Shown here: positions 10,250 to 21,274 of the stretch, one piece after another
How positions within the stretch are numbered: position 1 is the first letter of the stretch
Layout: every line of letters starts with the position of its first letter
Source: Betaproteobacteria bacterium
GTDB lineage: Bacteria; Pseudomonadota; Gammaproteobacteria; Burkholderiales; SG8-41
Direction: 5' to 3'
Length of the DNA: 64,000 bases
NCBI GenBank assembly: GCA_025363435.1
Contig: JANYDY010000042.1
Span: 5,323-69,322 of the forward strand
Translations under genes and position numbers: made by a program
The notes under the pieces: model-generated
Told to the model about the DNA's origin: nothing
What the model saw: only the letters and a program-made list of their open reading frames with translations
Databases searched by the model: none

Positions 10250-10645
10250 ATGGCTGACAAAATCGTCAAGACGCCGCAGGAGTGGAAAAAAGATCTGACT
10301 CCGGAGCAATATCAAATTGCGCGCGAAAAGGGTACCGAACGCGCTTTTACCGGCGTTTACTGGGATAACCACGATAAAGGTGTTTACCGCTGCATCTGTT
10401 GCGACGCCGAGCTATTCCTCTCCGACCACAAATTCGATTCCGGCAGCGGTTGGCCGAGTTTTTATCAACCCGCTGCCGGTGAAAATGTCGCGGTCGAGGA
10501 AGACAGCAGCCATTTCATGAAGCGCACCGAAGTCGTTTGCAAGCATTGTGATGCGCATCTCGGGCATGTTTTCGAAGACGGGCCGAAACCGACCGGGCTG
10601 CGTTATTGCATTAATTCGGCTTCGCTGAAATTTGATAGTAAATAA
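10250..10645 (+). CDS. msrB: peptide-methionine (R)-S-oxide reductase MsrB
   Basis: CxxC...CxxC zinc site ([21 protein letters not shown]) and SGSGWPSF active-site region. AGGAG RBS upstream. Confidence 0.95.
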   Translation: MADKIVKTPQEWKKDLTPEQYQIAREKGTERAFTGVYWDNHDKGVYRCICCDAELFLSDHKFDSGSGWPSFYQPAAGENVAVEEDSSHFMKRTEVVCKHCDAHLGHVFEDGPKPTGLRYCINSASLKFDSK

Positions 10646-10696
10646 GGGCAGTATCGAATTGGACATCGGCGCCTGTGTACAGGACAATCAACGCCG

Positions 10697-11236
10697 ATGA
10701 AAGCCCTCTTCGATCTGTTCCCTCTGCTGGTCTTTTTCGGCGCCTATGCCACGGTGGATATTTTCTTCGCCACCGCGGCGATGATGGTGGCAACGACGCT
10801 GCAAGTCGGCTGGGCCTGGTTCAAGCACCGCAAGGTCGAAAAGGTGCTGATGATCAGCTTCATCGCCATCATCGTCTTCGGCAGCATGACGCTGCTGTTG
10901 CACGACAAGCGTTTCATCATGATCAAGCCGACCATCGTCTACTGGATCATGGCCGGCGCCCTGCTTGTTTCCCATTTGTGGTTTCACAAAAACCCGATCC
11001 GCGCGATGATGGAAAAACATTTCGATGCGCCAACGCCGGTGTGGAATCAGTGGCTCTATGTCTGGGTCGCTTTTTTCGGCGCCATGGGTGTCATCAATCT
11101 TTTTGTCGCCTATTCTTTCAGCGAAGACGTCTGGGTAAAGTTCAAGGTCTTCGGCACGCTGGCAATGTCGCTGGTGCTGGCGTTCCTGCAGGGCTGGCGC
11201 CTGATGCGTTATGCCAGGCCCGAAAGTCTGCAATGA
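10697..11236 (+). CDS. yciB: intracellular septation protein A (YciB/IspZ family)
   Basis: 179-aa multi-pass membrane protein beginning MKALFDLFPLLVFFGAY, the typical YciB N-terminus. Confidence 0.85.
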   Translation: MKALFDLFPLLVFFGAYATVDIFFATAAMMVATTLQVGWAWFKHRKVEKVLMISFIAIIVFGSMTLLLHDKRFIMIKPTIVYWIMAGALLVSHLWFHKNPIRAMMEKHFDAPTPVWNQWLYVWVAFFGAMGVINLFVAYSFSEDVWVKFKVFGTLAMSLVLAFLQGWRLMRYARPESLQ

Positions 11237-11272
11237 GCCGGCTGCGAGCTGAGTTTTAAGGAGAGGCCCCTA

Positions 11273-11557
11273 ATGAATACCTCACACTCCGGTCATGACC
11301 TCATAGAACGCATCGAACAGCGCCTCGCCATCCTTAATCCGGACAGCGTCGAACTTTCCGATGACAGCGCGAAACATGCCGGCCACGAAGGCGCCAAAGG
11401 CGGCGGCGGTCACTTCGAACTGATCATTGTGGCCGCACAGTTCGAAGGCAAATCGCAGCAGGCGCGCCACCGCCTGATCTATGCGGCACTCGGTGACATG
11501 TTGCAACGGGAGATACACGCGATTGCGATCAAGGCGTATACTCCCGACGAAATTTAA
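11273..11557 (+). CDS. BolA-family protein
   Basis: 94 aa with SAKHAGHEGA...GGHFELIIVAAQFEGKSQQARHRLIY, a BolA fold signature. Confidence 0.9.
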   Translation: MNTSHSGHDLIERIEQRLAILNPDSVELSDDSAKHAGHEGAKGGGGHFELIIVAAQFEGKSQQARHRLIYAALGDMLQREIHAIAIKAYTPDEI

Positions 11558-11576
11558 TTCGACCCAAGGAATTTTC

Positions 11577-12377
11577 ATGGACATTTCATCCGTTTCCCAC
11601 AGGCTTTCCGTTGCGTTGCTGTGCTTCGGAATATCTTTAACGGCATGCGCGCAAGCAGCCGACCCCGTCGCCAAGGTCAACGGCACGGCGATCCCGCAAA
11701 GCCGCCTTGACGCAATGGTTAAAGGTGCGGCCGCGCAAGGCCAGCCTGATTCCCCCGAACTGCGCGGCCGCGTGCGTGACGAGTTGATTACGCGCGAAGT
11801 CCTGATGCAGGAAGCCGTCAAGAAAGGCACCGACAAGACGCCTGACGTGGTCAGCCAGCTGGAAATCCAGCGCCAGAGTCTGATTATCCAGGCCTTCCTC
11901 AGCGATTACGCGCGCACGAATCCGGTCAGCGATGCCGACATGCGCAAGGAATATGAAAACGCCAAGACACTGGCCGGCGGCAAGGAATACAAGGCCCGCC
12001 ATATTCTGGTCAAGGACGAAGCCGAAGCCAAACAAATCATCGCCCAGCTGAAAAAAGCACCGGCGAGTTTCGAAAAAATTGCCGGTGAAAAATCCGAAGA
12101 TACCGGTTCGAAGAACCGCGGCGGCGATCTCGATTGGGGCGCGCCGGCGCGTTACGTCAAACCCTTCGGCGACGCCCTGATGAAACTGAAAAAAGGCCAG
12201 ATCACGGATCCGGCAGTGCAGAGCCAGTTCGGCTGGCACATCATTCGGCTTGACGACGAACGTGCGACCAAGATTCCGCCATTCGAAGACGTCAAGAACA
12301 ACATCCAGCAGCAAATGCAGCAGCAGGCGGTGCAAAAACTGATTGCCGATCTGCGCGCCAAAGCGAAGATCGAGTAA
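11577..12377 (+). CDS. periplasmic parvulin-type peptidyl-prolyl cis-trans isomerase (PpiC domain)
   Basis: Internal ATG 11577 of ORF 11481..12377 with AAGGA RBS. Signal peptide MDISSVSHRLSVALLCFGISLTACAQA. Rotamase core KARHILV...FGWHIIRLDD. Confidence 0.85.
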   Translation: MDISSVSHRLSVALLCFGISLTACAQAADPVAKVNGTAIPQSRLDAMVKGAAAQGQPDSPELRGRVRDELITREVLMQEAVKKGTDKTPDVVSQLEIQRQSLIIQAFLSDYARTNPVSDADMRKEYENAKTLAGGKEYKARHILVKDEAEAKQIIAQLKKAPASFEKIAGEKSEDTGSKNRGGDLDWGAPARYVKPFGDALMKLKKGQITDPAVQSQFGWHIIRLDDERATKIPPFEDVKNNIQQQMQQQAVQKLIADLRAKAKIE

Positions 12378-12394
12378 GCATCTTCAGTTCCAAC

Positions 12395-12427
12395 AAAAAC
12401 GGCGCATCGCGGTGCGCCGTTTTTATT
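12395..12427. terminator. bidirectional rho-independent terminator between convergent ppiC-type gene and purL
   Basis: AAAAAC-GGCGCA-tcgcgg-TGCGCC-GTTTTTATTT: a GC stem at 12401..12418 flanked by an A-run and a T-run. Confidence 0.75.
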
Positions 12428-12465
12428 TACTCAAATTTACTGAACCCTGATTCCTGAATTCTGCC

Positions 12466-15400
12466 TCACCCCACCCGGCGCCGCGCATTGCGGAACATGC
12501 GCAACCACGGGCCCTGCTCGCCCCACGATGGCGGATGCCATGAGTTCTGCACACTGCGGAATACGCGTTCCGGATGCGGCATCAAAATGGTAAAGCGGCC
12601 ATCCGCTGTAGTGAGACCGGTGACACCGCCGCCCGAACCATTAGGATTGAGCGGATAGGTTTCGGTCGCCGCGCCGTGGTTGTCGACAAAGCGCAGCGCC
12701 ACCAGTGCGCGCTCTTGTTGCGCCGGATCGGTGAATTCCGCATAGCCCTCGCCATGCGCCACTGCCACCGGCAACCGGCTGCCCGCCATGCCGTCGAAAA
12801 ACAGCGACGGCGACGGCATTACTTCAACCGTGATAAAACGCGCTTCAAATTGTTCGGAGCGGTTGCGCACGAAATGCGGCCAGGCTTCGCTACCCGGAAT
12901 GATCTCGTGCAGATTGCTCATCATCTGACAGCCGTTGCAGACGCCGAGCGCAAAGCTGTCGCTGTGCTGGAAGAAGGCGGAAAATTCTTCGCGCGCACGC
13001 GGATTAAACAAAATCGATTTCGCCCAACCCTCGCCGGCACCCAGCACGTCGCCGTACGAGAATCCGCCGCAGGCGGCGAATCCCTTGAACTCTTTGAGGC
13101 TGACGCGACCGGCAATAATGTCGCTCATATGAACGTCGACTGTGGCGAAACCGGCGCGGTCGAAGGCCGCTGCCATTTCGAGCTGACCGTTGACACCCTG
13201 CTCGCGCAAAATCGCCATGCGCGGCCGTGCGGTATTGACGAAGGGCGCGGCGACGTCTTCCGCCGGATCAAACGTCAGCTGCGGCGAAATACCGGGATCG
13301 GCGGCATCAAGCAGGCGATCGAATTCCTGTTGCGCGCAGAGCGGATTGTCGCGCAGGCCTTGCATATGAAAACTGGTTTCCGACCAGGCGCGATGCAAAT
13401 CAATGCGCCTGGCGCTATAGAGCGGCTCCGAACCTGCATTAATCGTTAATTCATCGCCGGCATGCGCTTCGCCAATACGTGTGGTGATGTCTGCGAGGCC
13501 TGCCGCCGCAATTATTTTTTCCACGGCCGCACGATCGCCGCGACGAACTTGAATTACGCCGCCGAGTTCTTCATTAAACAGGCAGGCCAAGGCTGCCGCA
13601 CCGTCAACCCTGATATCGATGGCAACACCGCAACGTCCGGCAAACATCATTTCACACAGCGTCGCAAACAGTCCGCCGTCGGAACGGTCGTGATACGCCA
13701 GCAACTTTCCACCGGCATTCAGCTGTTGTATCGCATCAAAGTACGCGCGCAGCATTTTTGCGTGATCAAGATCGGGCGCAATATCACCGGTTTGAGCATA
13801 AGCCTGCGCCAGCGCGGAGCCGCCGAGGCGATTACGTCCATAGCCGAGATCAAGCAACAATATATCGGTATCGCCGCAATCGCTGCGCAGTTGCGGCGTC
13901 AATGTGTTGCGCGCATCGACGACCGGCGCAAACGCCGACACAATCAGCGACAGAGGCGCCGTCACTTCCTTCGCCTGCGCGCCGTCTTGCCAGCGCGTTT
14001 TCATCGACATCGAATCCTTGCCGACCGGAATGCTGATGCCGAGTTGCGGGCACAACTCCATGCCGACCGCGTGCACGGTGTCATACAGCGCAGCATCTTC
14101 GCCCGGATGCCCCGCCGCCGCCATCCAGTTGGCTGACAACTTGATGTCGCCGATCTGCTCGATCCGTGCAGCGGCGATATTGGTAATCGCTTCGCCGACA
14201 GCCATGCGGCCGGACGCCGCGGCGTTGATCAGGGCGAGCGGCGTACGCTCGCCCATCGCCATCGCTTCACCGCGGTATTCATCGAAACCCATCAAGGTGA
14301 CGGCGACATCGGCAACCGGCGTCTGCCACGGACCGGCCATCTGATCACGCGCGGTCATTCCACCGACGCTGCGATCGCCGATCGAGATCAAAAAAGTTTT
14401 GTCGGCCACCGACGGCATGCGCAACACACGCATGGCAGCATCGTGCAGATCGATTCCGGCTGTATCGAAAGCGGCCGATTTGCCCGCAAGATGCGCAACA
14501 TCACGCAGCATTTTCGGCGGTTTGCCGAGCAGCACCGACAATTCCATGTCGACCGGCGCATTTTTGAACACCGCATCGCGCACCGTCAGCTGGTCTTCCA
14601 ATGTGGCCGTGCCGACTACCGCAAACGGGCAGCGTTCGCGCTCGCAAATGGCGCGGAACGCATCGAGGCTCTCCGGCGAGATCGCCAGCACATAACGCTC
14701 CTGCGACTCATTGCACCAGATCTGCAACGGTGACATGCCGCGTTCTTCGCTCGGCACCGCGCGCAAATCGAACAGGCCACCGCGCCCGGCGCCGTGCACC
14801 AGCTCGGGCAAGGCATTCGATAAACCGCCGGCGCCGACGTCATGTATCGACAAAATCGGATTGGCGTCGCCGAGCGCGCAGCAACGATCGATCACTTCCT
14901 GCGCGCGTCGCTGAATTTCGGCATTGCCGCGCTGTACCGAATCAAAATCTAAAGCGGCGATATTCGCACCGGTCTGCATGCTCGAAGCCGCACCGCCACC
15001 GAGGCCGATGCGCATGCCGGGCCCGCCGAGCTGAATCAACAAACCACCGGCGGGAATTATTTCCTTAAACGAATGACGCGCCGCGATATTGCCCAGCCCG
15101 CCCGCGATCATGATCGGCTTGTGATAACCACGCATTTCACCGGCGACCACCTGTTCGAAAGTGCGGAAATAACCGCACAGATTCGGCCGGCCAAATTCAT
15201 TGTTAAAGGCTGCGCCGCCGATCGGCCCGTCAAGCATGATTTGCAGCGCCGAGGCGATATGCGCCGGCCGGCCGTAGCTCGTGGTTTCCCACGGCTGGCG
15301 AAAGTCCGGTATGTCGAGATTTGAGACCGTGAAGCCGCTCAGCCCCGCCTTCGGCCGCGAGCCGCGCCCGGTCGCGCCTTCATCGCGGATTTCACCGCCC

Positions 15401-16347
15401 GCGCCGGTCGCCGCACCGGGATAGGGCGAAATCGCCGTCGGGTGATTGTGCGTCTCGACCTTCATCAGGATATGCGTTTCGTCTTCGACGTAAGCGTAAG
15501 CACCGCCTTTGCCCGGATAAAAACGTTTTACGCGTGCGCCTTCGATGATCGACGAGTTATCCGAGTACGCCACAACCGTACCTTGCGGATGCTGCGCATG
15601 CGTGTGGCGAATCATCGCAAACAGCGATTTGTCCTGCGCCTTGCCGTCGATCACCCAGTCGGCATTGAATATCTTGTGTCGGCAATGTTCTGAATTCGCC
15701 TGCGCGAACATCATCAACTCAACGTCGCTCGGATTGCGTTCGATGCGCGTGAAATTGCTGCACAGATACTCGATTTCGTCTTCGGATAAAGCGAGCCCCA
15801 TCGAACGGTTGGCGCTCTGCAACGCGGCGATGCCGCCTTTGAGCACATCGACCGTGGTCAGCGGCTGCGGCTCGACCTGACGGAACAGCCCGTTCGCCTG
15901 CGCGAGTTCGCTAAGCACGGTCTCCGTCATGCGGTCGTGTATCAGCGGCAACAGCAGCTCGCGATCCTGCGCAGTCAGCGCGGCCCCGCCGTCTTTCGCA
16001 ACGCGCCACGCCGTGCCGCGTTCAATGCGTTCGATCACGTCGAGACCGCACTGTCTGGCGATATCGCTTGCTTTCGATGCCCAAGGTGAAATAGTGCCGA
16101 GCCGCGGCACCACCAGCAGCAATTCACCTTGCGATGCGGCCTCAGTGACAGCCGGACCATAGGTCAGGATACGTTCGAGCACACCGCGTTCGGTGCTACC
16201 TAAAGCGCGCGTAATACTGGCGAAGTGATGAAATTCAGCGGTAATCGAAACGGGATGAAGGCCAGCGCGCGTCAGCGCTTCGGTAAGCTTGGTGACCCGG
16301 AAACCGGATAAGGCGTTGCGCCCGCGGAGACTGAGAATCTGCGACAT
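12466..16347 (-). CDS. purL: phosphoribosylformylglycinamidine synthase (large single-chain PurL)
   Basis: About 1290-aa protein with a C-terminal glutaminase domain (GVCNGCQMM). Start taken at ATG 16347 ([18 protein letters not shown]...), matching the usual PurL N-terminus, not at ORF start 16407. Confidence 0.95.
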   Translation of the reverse strand: MSQILSLRGRNALSGFRVTKLTEALTRAGLHPVSITAEFHHFASITRALGSTERGVLERILTYGPAVTEAASQGELLLVVPRLGTISPWASKASDIARQCGLDVIERIERGTAWRVAKDGGAALTAQDRELLLPLIHDRMTETVLSELAQANGLFRQVEPQPLTTVDVLKGGIAALQSANRSMGLALSEDEIEYLCSNFTRIERNPSDVELMMFAQANSEHCRHKIFNADWVIDGKAQDKSLFAMIRHTHAQHPQGTVVAYSDNSSIIEGARVKRFYPGKGGAYAYVEDETHILMKVETHNHPTAISPYPGAATGAGGEIRDEGATGRGSRPKAGLSGFTVSNLDIPDFRQPWETTSYGRPAHIASALQIMLDGPIGGAAFNNEFGRPNLCGYFRTFEQVVAGEMRGYHKPIMIAGGLGNIAARHSFKEIIPAGGLLIQLGGPGMRIGLGGGAASSMQTGANIAALDFDSVQRGNAEIQRRAQEVIDRCCALGDANPILSIHDVGAGGLSNALPELVHGAGRGGLFDLRAVPSEERGMSPLQIWCNESQERYVLAISPESLDAFRAICERERCPFAVVGTATLEDQLTVRDAVFKNAPVDMELSVLLGKPPKMLRDVAHLAGKSAAFDTAGIDLHDAAMRVLRMPSVADKTFLISIGDRSVGGMTARDQMAGPWQTPVADVAVTLMGFDEYRGEAMAMGERTPLALINAAASGRMAVGEAITNIAAARIEQIGDIKLSANWMAAAGHPGEDAALYDTVHAVGMELCPQLGISIPVGKDSMSMKTRWQDGAQAKEVTAPLSLIVSAFAPVVDARNTLTPQLRSDCGDTDILLLDLGYGRNRLGGSALAQAYAQTGDIAPDLDHAKMLRAYFDAIQQLNAGGKLLAYHDRSDGGLFATLCEMMFAGRCGVAIDIRVDGAAALACLFNEELGGVIQVRRGDRAAVEKIIAAAGLADITTRIGEAHAGDELTINAGSEPLYSARRIDLHRAWSETSFHMQGLRDNPLCAQQEFDRLLDAADPGISPQLTFDPAEDVAAPFVNTARPRMAILREQGVNGQLEMAAAFDRAGFATVDVHMSDIIAGRVSLKEFKGFAACGGFSYGDVLGAGEGWAKSILFNPRAREEFSAFFQHSDSFALGVCNGCQMMSNLHEIIPGSEAWPHFVRNRSEQFEARFITVEVMPSPSLFFDGMAGSRLPVAVAHGEGYAEFTDPAQQERALVALRFVDNHGAATETYPLNPNGSGGGVTGLTTADGRFTILMPHPERVFRSVQNSWHPPSWGEQGPWLRMFRNARRRVG

Positions 16348-16438
16348 GAAGTCAGCACGATGTCCGTAAAGCCGAATTTTACCCGAAACGGTCTGCGCTC
16401 GCAGCATGCCGTGATGTTGCGCGGCGTAAAATAGGCGT

Positions 16439-17920
16439 ATGTACTCGTCTGCTGAAAATGCGCCGGTCTACCGCACGGAAGAAATCCGTGAAATCGAAAC
16501 TGCGGCGGCAAAGAATCTGCCATCGCCCGGTTTGATGGAACGCGCCGGACTTGCTGCGGCGGAAATTGCACGCACGCTGGCCGGCGGTGACCGTGTGCTC
16601 GTTCTCGCCGGCCCCGGCAATAACGGCGGTGACGCCTTTGTCGTCGCACGCCATCTGCGCGCATGGCACTTCAAGGTTGATCTGGTTTTCGCCGGCGAAA
16701 CAGCAAAACTGCCGGCGGACGCACAAACCGCATATCAAGCGTGGCAAAGCAGCGGCAACACCAGCCTTGCCGACATTCCGCGCGACGGTTGTTGGGATTT
16801 GATCGTCGACGGCCTCTTCGGTATCGGCCTGCAGCGTGACATCTCCGGCCGCTATGCCGAACTGATTGGCGCAATCAATCGTATGAACGCAACGGTACTC
16901 GCGCTCGATTTACCGAGCGGTCTGGCTTCGGACAGCGGCCGTGTACTGGGTTGCGCCGTAGAAACCGATCACACGGCAACTTTTATCGCTTTGAAGCCCG
17001 GCCTGTTGACCGCAGATGGCCCTGATTACTGCGGACGCATTCATGTCTGCGATCTTGGGATCAACGCGGAAGCTATCAAACCGGCGCAAGGCGCGGTGAT
17101 CGGCGGCAATATTTTGCGCGAGGCGCTGCCGGCGCGACGCGCCAACAGCCACAAAGGCAGTTACGGCAGCGTCGGTATTATCGGCGGCGCCGGTGGCATG
17201 GTCGGCGCGGCGCTACTGGCCGGTCGCGCGGCGCTGCATCTCGGCGCCGGACGCGTTTATGTAGGCCTGCTCGATGCAAACAAACCGGCCGTGGATATGC
17301 AGCAGCCGGAATTGATGCTGCGCTCGATTCAGGAAATCAGAACAATCACCAATCTCAATTGCCTTGCAGTCGGCCCCGGCCTCGGTTCGACGCAGGAAGC
17401 GCGCGACTGCTTAAGAAGTGCATTGGCGGATTCGCTGCCGCTGGTGCTTGATGCCGATGCGCTCAATCTGATCGCGACAGACACGGCATTGCAAAATCAA
17501 TTGCGCTCACGCGACAGCGAAAACGTGCTGACGCCGCACCCTGCCGAAGCTGCGCGTCTGCTCGCTTCAACTACCGCCGCGATACAGGCCGATCGCGTTG
17601 CGATGGCGATCGAGATTGCCGAACGGTTGCGCAGCCACGTCGTGCTCAAAGGCGCCGGCAGCATTTGCGCCTCGCCTGACGGCAAATGGTTTATCAATAC
17701 CAGCGGCAATCCGGGCATGGCCAGCGCCGGCGCGGGTGATGTCTTGACAGGAATGATTGCCGCCATGATTGCGCAAGGCGCATCCGCGCAATCTGCCATG
17801 CTCGCCGCCGTGTATTTGCATGGCGCAGCCGGCGACGCTTTGCTTGCTGCCGGCGACGGGCCGATCGGCATGACCGCGGGTGAACTCAGTTACGCCGCGC
17901 GCAAGCTGATCAACCGCTGA
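16439..17920 (+). CDS. nnr: bifunctional NAD(P)H-hydrate epimerase / ADP-dependent dehydratase
   Basis: N-terminal YjeF_N domain ([16 protein letters not shown]) and C-terminal carbohydrate-kinase-like domain ([12 protein letters not shown]). Confidence 0.9.
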   Translation: MYSSAENAPVYRTEEIREIETAAAKNLPSPGLMERAGLAAAEIARTLAGGDRVLVLAGPGNNGGDAFVVARHLRAWHFKVDLVFAGETAKLPADAQTAYQAWQSSGNTSLADIPRDGCWDLIVDGLFGIGLQRDISGRYAELIGAINRMNATVLALDLPSGLASDSGRVLGCAVETDHTATFIALKPGLLTADGPDYCGRIHVCDLGINAEAIKPAQGAVIGGNILREALPARRANSHKGSYGSVGIIGGAGGMVGAALLAGRAALHLGAGRVYVGLLDANKPAVDMQQPELMLRSIQEIRTITNLNCLAVGPGLGSTQEARDCLRSALADSLPLVLDADALNLIATDTALQNQLRSRDSENVLTPHPAEAARLLASTTAAIQADRVAMAIEIAERLRSHVVLKGAGSICASPDGKWFINTSGNPGMASAGAGDVLTGMIAAMIAQGASAQSAMLAAVYLHGAAGDALLAAGDGPIGMTAGELSYAARKLINR

Positions 17921-17930
17921 GGAGGGACCG

Positions 17931-18314
17931 TTATGCGTTTAACGTGCGCACAGTGAGTATGCCCAGATAAGTCATCGCCAGCGAACCAAGCAGATGACTC
18001 GCCACCAGCACGAAAGACCAGAGAAAATCGCGGTCGCTCAATAACTCGACCGCTTCCGACGAAAACGATGAAAAAGTCGTCAGCCCGCCAAGAAAACCGA
18101 CAATCACGAACAAACGCCACTCCGGCGGCAGGCTGTCGTGATGCACGAAATACTCGACTGCAATACCAATCAGGTAACCGCCGACCAGATTTGCCGTCAA
18201 CGTGCCAAGCAGAATATTCGCGAACAGCGGATTTAAAACAATACCAAAGAGCCAACGCAGCCAGGCGCCAAATGCGGCGCCGAGTCCTACTGCAAAAAAT
18301 CCGGCCAATGTCAT
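17931..18314 (-). CDS. crcB: fluoride efflux channel CrcB
   Basis: 127-aa 4-TM protein with GAWLRW...GTLTANLVGGYLIG...GFLGGLTTFSSF, the CrcB signature. Confidence 0.9.
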   Translation of the reverse strand: MTLAGFFAVGLGAAFGAWLRWLFGIVLNPLFANILLGTLTANLVGGYLIGIAVEYFVHHDSLPPEWRLFVIVGFLGGLTTFSSFSSEAVELLSDRDFLWSFVLVASHLLGSLAMTYLGILTVRTLNA

Positions 18315-18316
18315 AT

Positions 18317-19309
18317 TTAATCGGCGCGTATCTGCGCCTGCTTGATTACCCTGGTCCAGCGTTCGATATCCGCGCGCAAAAACGTTTCCAGTTCCTGCGG
18401 CGTGTTGCCGATTCCCTCCGCGCCCTGCGCCAGTAACTGGTCGGCCATATCCTGCGACTTGATGACCGCCACCGCATCAGTGTGCAGGCGTTTGATAATC
18501 GCCGGCGGCATTTTCGCCGGGCCGAGCAAGGCGTACCAAAGGCTGGCCTGATACGCGCCGTAACCCGCTTCGGCCACGGTGGGTATCTCCGGCGCCGCAC
18601 GCGAGCGCGTTGAACCGGTCATCGCCAGCGCACGCAAGCGGCCGGATTTGACCAGCGGCATTGCCGGCAACGGGCTGGTGCACACCACCTGCACCTGACC
18701 GCCGACCAGATCAATCAAGGCTGGCCCCGCCCCTTTGTACGGTACATGCACAAGCTTGATGCCCGCGAGCCAGTTCAGAAGCTCGACCGCAAGATGACCA
18801 CCGGTGCCCGGTCCTGACGAACCATAGTTGATCGCGCCCGGTTTGGCTTTCGCTGCGGCAACCAGCTCTTTGATAGTACTTACGCCGAGCGAGGGATGCG
18901 CAACAAATACCAGCGGCGAACTGGCCACCAGCGTGATCGGCGAAAAATCCCGGATCGAATCGTAGGGCAACTTGTCGCGCAGGCCCGGATTGACACCGTG
19001 CGTCGCACTGGCAAGCAGCAGCGTATATCCATCGGGCGCGGCCTTTGCTGTCATTTCGGTGGCGATGACCTGCCCGCCGCCGCCGCGATTATCGATCACA
19101 AGTTGCTGACCGAGACGTTCGCCTAACCGCGAACTCAGCATGCGCCCGACGATGTCGCCCGCCCCCGCCGGCGGATAGGGAATAATCAGCCGGATCGGCC
19201 GCTGCGGGTACGTGTCTGCGGCTATGGCCGGCAGCGCTGCAAGCAAAGCGGCGCCAAACGCGCAACACCGCAATGAGACGAGAAATTGGTTGGATAGTTT
19301 TTTACTCAT
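18317..19309 (-). CDS. Bug-family (TctC-like) periplasmic substrate-binding protein
   Basis: ATG 19309 (MSKKLSNQFLVSLRCCAFGAALLAALPAIAA, signal peptide), then YPQRPIRLIIPYPPAG. The ORF-track start 19360 is an upstream TTG. Confidence 0.85.
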   Translation of the reverse strand: MSKKLSNQFLVSLRCCAFGAALLAALPAIAADTYPQRPIRLIIPYPPAGAGDIVGRMLSSRLGERLGQQLVIDNRGGGGQVIATEMTAKAAPDGYTLLLASATHGVNPGLRDKLPYDSIRDFSPITLVASSPLVFVAHPSLGVSTIKELVAAAKAKPGAINYGSSGPGTGGHLAVELLNWLAGIKLVHVPYKGAGPALIDLVGGQVQVVCTSPLPAMPLVKSGRLRALAMTGSTRSRAAPEIPTVAEAGYGAYQASLWYALLGPAKMPPAIIKRLHTDAVAVIKSQDMADQLLAQGAEGIGNTPQELETFLRADIERWTRVIKQAQIRAD

Positions 19310-19436
19310 GATCCAGCGCAAAATATCGGCGCCTTCATGCGCTGTCAAGCAAGGAATCAAATGATCGGATGTATTGCGAATAAAGCATCCTATCCCTTAG
19401 ACTGCGTGCTCCTGTAATTCCGCGATTCGAACTGTC

Positions 19437-20855
19437 GTGAACAACTCCACTAGCGATGAAATCCGCGTGCTCGCGCCCAACGGCGTGTGCGGCTCCGGAT
19501 TTCTCGAAGAATCATTCGAAAAAGGCCTGTCGCAACAGCCGCACTTTATCGGTTGCGATGCCGGCTCGACCGACCCGGGCCCCAGCCATCTCGGCAGCGG
19601 TGAACCGGCGTTCCCGCGCGAGGCGGTAAAGCGCGATCTGCGCCTCATGCTGCTGGGCGCGCGCCGTCTGAAAATTCCGCTGCTGATCGGCTCGGTCGGC
19701 ACCGCCGGCGGCGATCCGCATCTGGCCTGGGGTTACGAAATCCTCAAGGAAATCGCCGCCGCTGAAAAACTGAGCTTCAAGCTGGCGCTGATTCACGCTG
19801 AGCAGGACAAGGCTTATCTGAAAAAACGCCTGCGCGAAGGCCGTATCACGCCGCTCGATCCTGCGCCCGAATTCAATGAAAAGGTCATCGACAGCAGCGC
19901 GCACATCGTCGGCATGATGGGCGCAGAGCCGTGGCAGCGTGCGCTCGTCGGCGGCGCGGACGTCATACTGGCCGGACGCTCCAGCGACACCGCGATCTTC
20001 GCCGCACTGCCGGAAATGCGCGGCATTCCCTCCGGCATTGCCTGGCACGCCGCAAAGATACTCGAATGCGGCGCGGCGGCCGTCGTAAACCGCACCTCAC
20101 CCGATTGCATGTTTGCGTGGCTGCGCCGCGATCACTTTGTCGTCGAGCCGCCCAACCCCAAATACCACTGCACGCCGCAAAGCGTCGCCTCGCACAGCCT
20201 TTACGAGAATGCCGATCCGTACAAACTTATCGAGTGTTCCGGTACGCTTGATCTGACTGACAGCCGCTACGAAGCGATCAGCGACCGTGCGGTACGCGTG
20301 TCAGGCAGCACTTTCGCACCGGCCGCGCGCTACACCGTCAAACTCGAAGGCGCCGAACTCGCCGGTTACCAGAGCATCGTTATCGGCTCGGTACGCGACC
20401 CCTTCATCATCCGCCAGATCGACGACTGGACCACGCGCCTGATCGAACGCATACACGCGCGCGTCAAACAGGTTTACGGCGATCGCATGCCGCCCGATCA
20501 ATACGTAATTAACATTCGCACCTACGGCAAGAACGGCACCATGGGGCCGCTCGAGCCGGTGAAGGAAATCCGCTCGCACGAGTTGTGCCTGTTGATCGAG
20601 GTCACCGCACCGAGTCAGGAAGTTGCCAGTTCGATTGCCGGCATCGTGCGCCATCAGGGTTTGCACTTGCCGATTCCGGAATGGAGCGGCCTGATTACCG
20701 CGCTCGCCTGCCCGTACAACCCGGCTCATCTCGACCGCGGCGCGGTTTACCGCTTCAACGTCAATCACGTTGTTGAACCCGACGATCCGCACGAGATGTT
20801 TCCGCTTGAATATTTCGCCATCGACGGTGCCAGCCAGAAAAGGTTGCCGGCATGA
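19437..20855 (+). CDS. AtuA-like acyclic terpene utilisation family protein (DUF1446)
   Basis: GTG start. Family-typical N-terminus (RVLAPNGVCGSGF...IGCDAGSTDPGP) and 472-aa size. Confidence 0.75.
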   Translation: MNNSTSDEIRVLAPNGVCGSGFLEESFEKGLSQQPHFIGCDAGSTDPGPSHLGSGEPAFPREAVKRDLRLMLLGARRLKIPLLIGSVGTAGGDPHLAWGYEILKEIAAAEKLSFKLALIHAEQDKAYLKKRLREGRITPLDPAPEFNEKVIDSSAHIVGMMGAEPWQRALVGGADVILAGRSSDTAIFAALPEMRGIPSGIAWHAAKILECGAAAVVNRTSPDCMFAWLRRDHFVVEPPNPKYHCTPQSVASHSLYENADPYKLIECSGTLDLTDSRYEAISDRAVRVSGSTFAPAARYTVKLEGAELAGYQSIVIGSVRDPFIIRQIDDWTTRLIERIHARVKQVYGDRMPPDQYVINIRTYGKNGTMGPLEPVKEIRSHELCLLIEVTAPSQEVASSIAGIVRHQGLHLPIPEWSGLITALACPYNPAHLDRGAVYRFNVNHVVEPDDPHEMFPLEYFAIDGASQKRLPA

Positions 20856-21160
20856 CTCAACTCGCCGAACTCGCGCGCCTGATCCGCAGCAAGAACGCCG
20901 GACCGTTCGAACTCACCTTCGACATCATGTTCGAAGACAGCGCGACCTATGAGCGCGTCAAACGCTCCGGCATGGTCAGCCGCGAAGCGATTGCATCACG
21001 CTACGGCCTGCCCGCCGAAAAGGTGAAGTTCTTTTATTGCGATCTGGCCTGCGCGATCAAGGCATCGATCCCGCGTCCGCATTTTCAGGGTGACCTGCTC
21101 GATTCCGACGGGCATGGCGGCCAGCAGTACGCGCCGCTGATGGATATCGAAATTCCGTAA
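20852..21160 (+). CDS. DUF4387-domain protein (usual partner of AtuA-like proteins)
   Basis: 102 aa. Start overlaps the stop of the AtuA-like gene by 4 nt. Sequence LIRSKNAGPFELTFDIMF... is typical of DUF4387. Confidence 0.7.
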   Translation: MTQLAELARLIRSKNAGPFELTFDIMFEDSATYERVKRSGMVSREAIASRYGLPAEKVKFFYCDLACAIKASIPRPHFQGDLLDSDGHGGQQYAPLMDIEIP

Positions 21161-21163
21161 TTT

Positions 21164-21255
21164 TCGTAGAATGGGCGGAACCCGTAAGGCCGATACCCAT
21201 CGGCATTGATCGCAAAAATGTCGATGGGTATCGCTACGCTCCATCCATCCTACGA
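21164..21255. repeat. REP-like imperfect palindromic element
   Basis: Left arm tcgtagaatgggcggaacccgtaaggccgatacccatcg faces right arm cgatgggtatcgctacgctccatccatcctacga. Both arms share the tcgtagRatgg and cgatacccatcg ends. Lies between convergent genes. Confidence 0.7.
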
Positions 21256-21274
21256 TTGAACGTCCGTCCGGCGG

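Noticed and set aside
18314-18330. Fluoride riboswitch upstream of crcB
   Set aside because: Only 2 nt separate the crcB start from the stop of the upstream Bug gene, leaving no room for a crcB-motif RNA.
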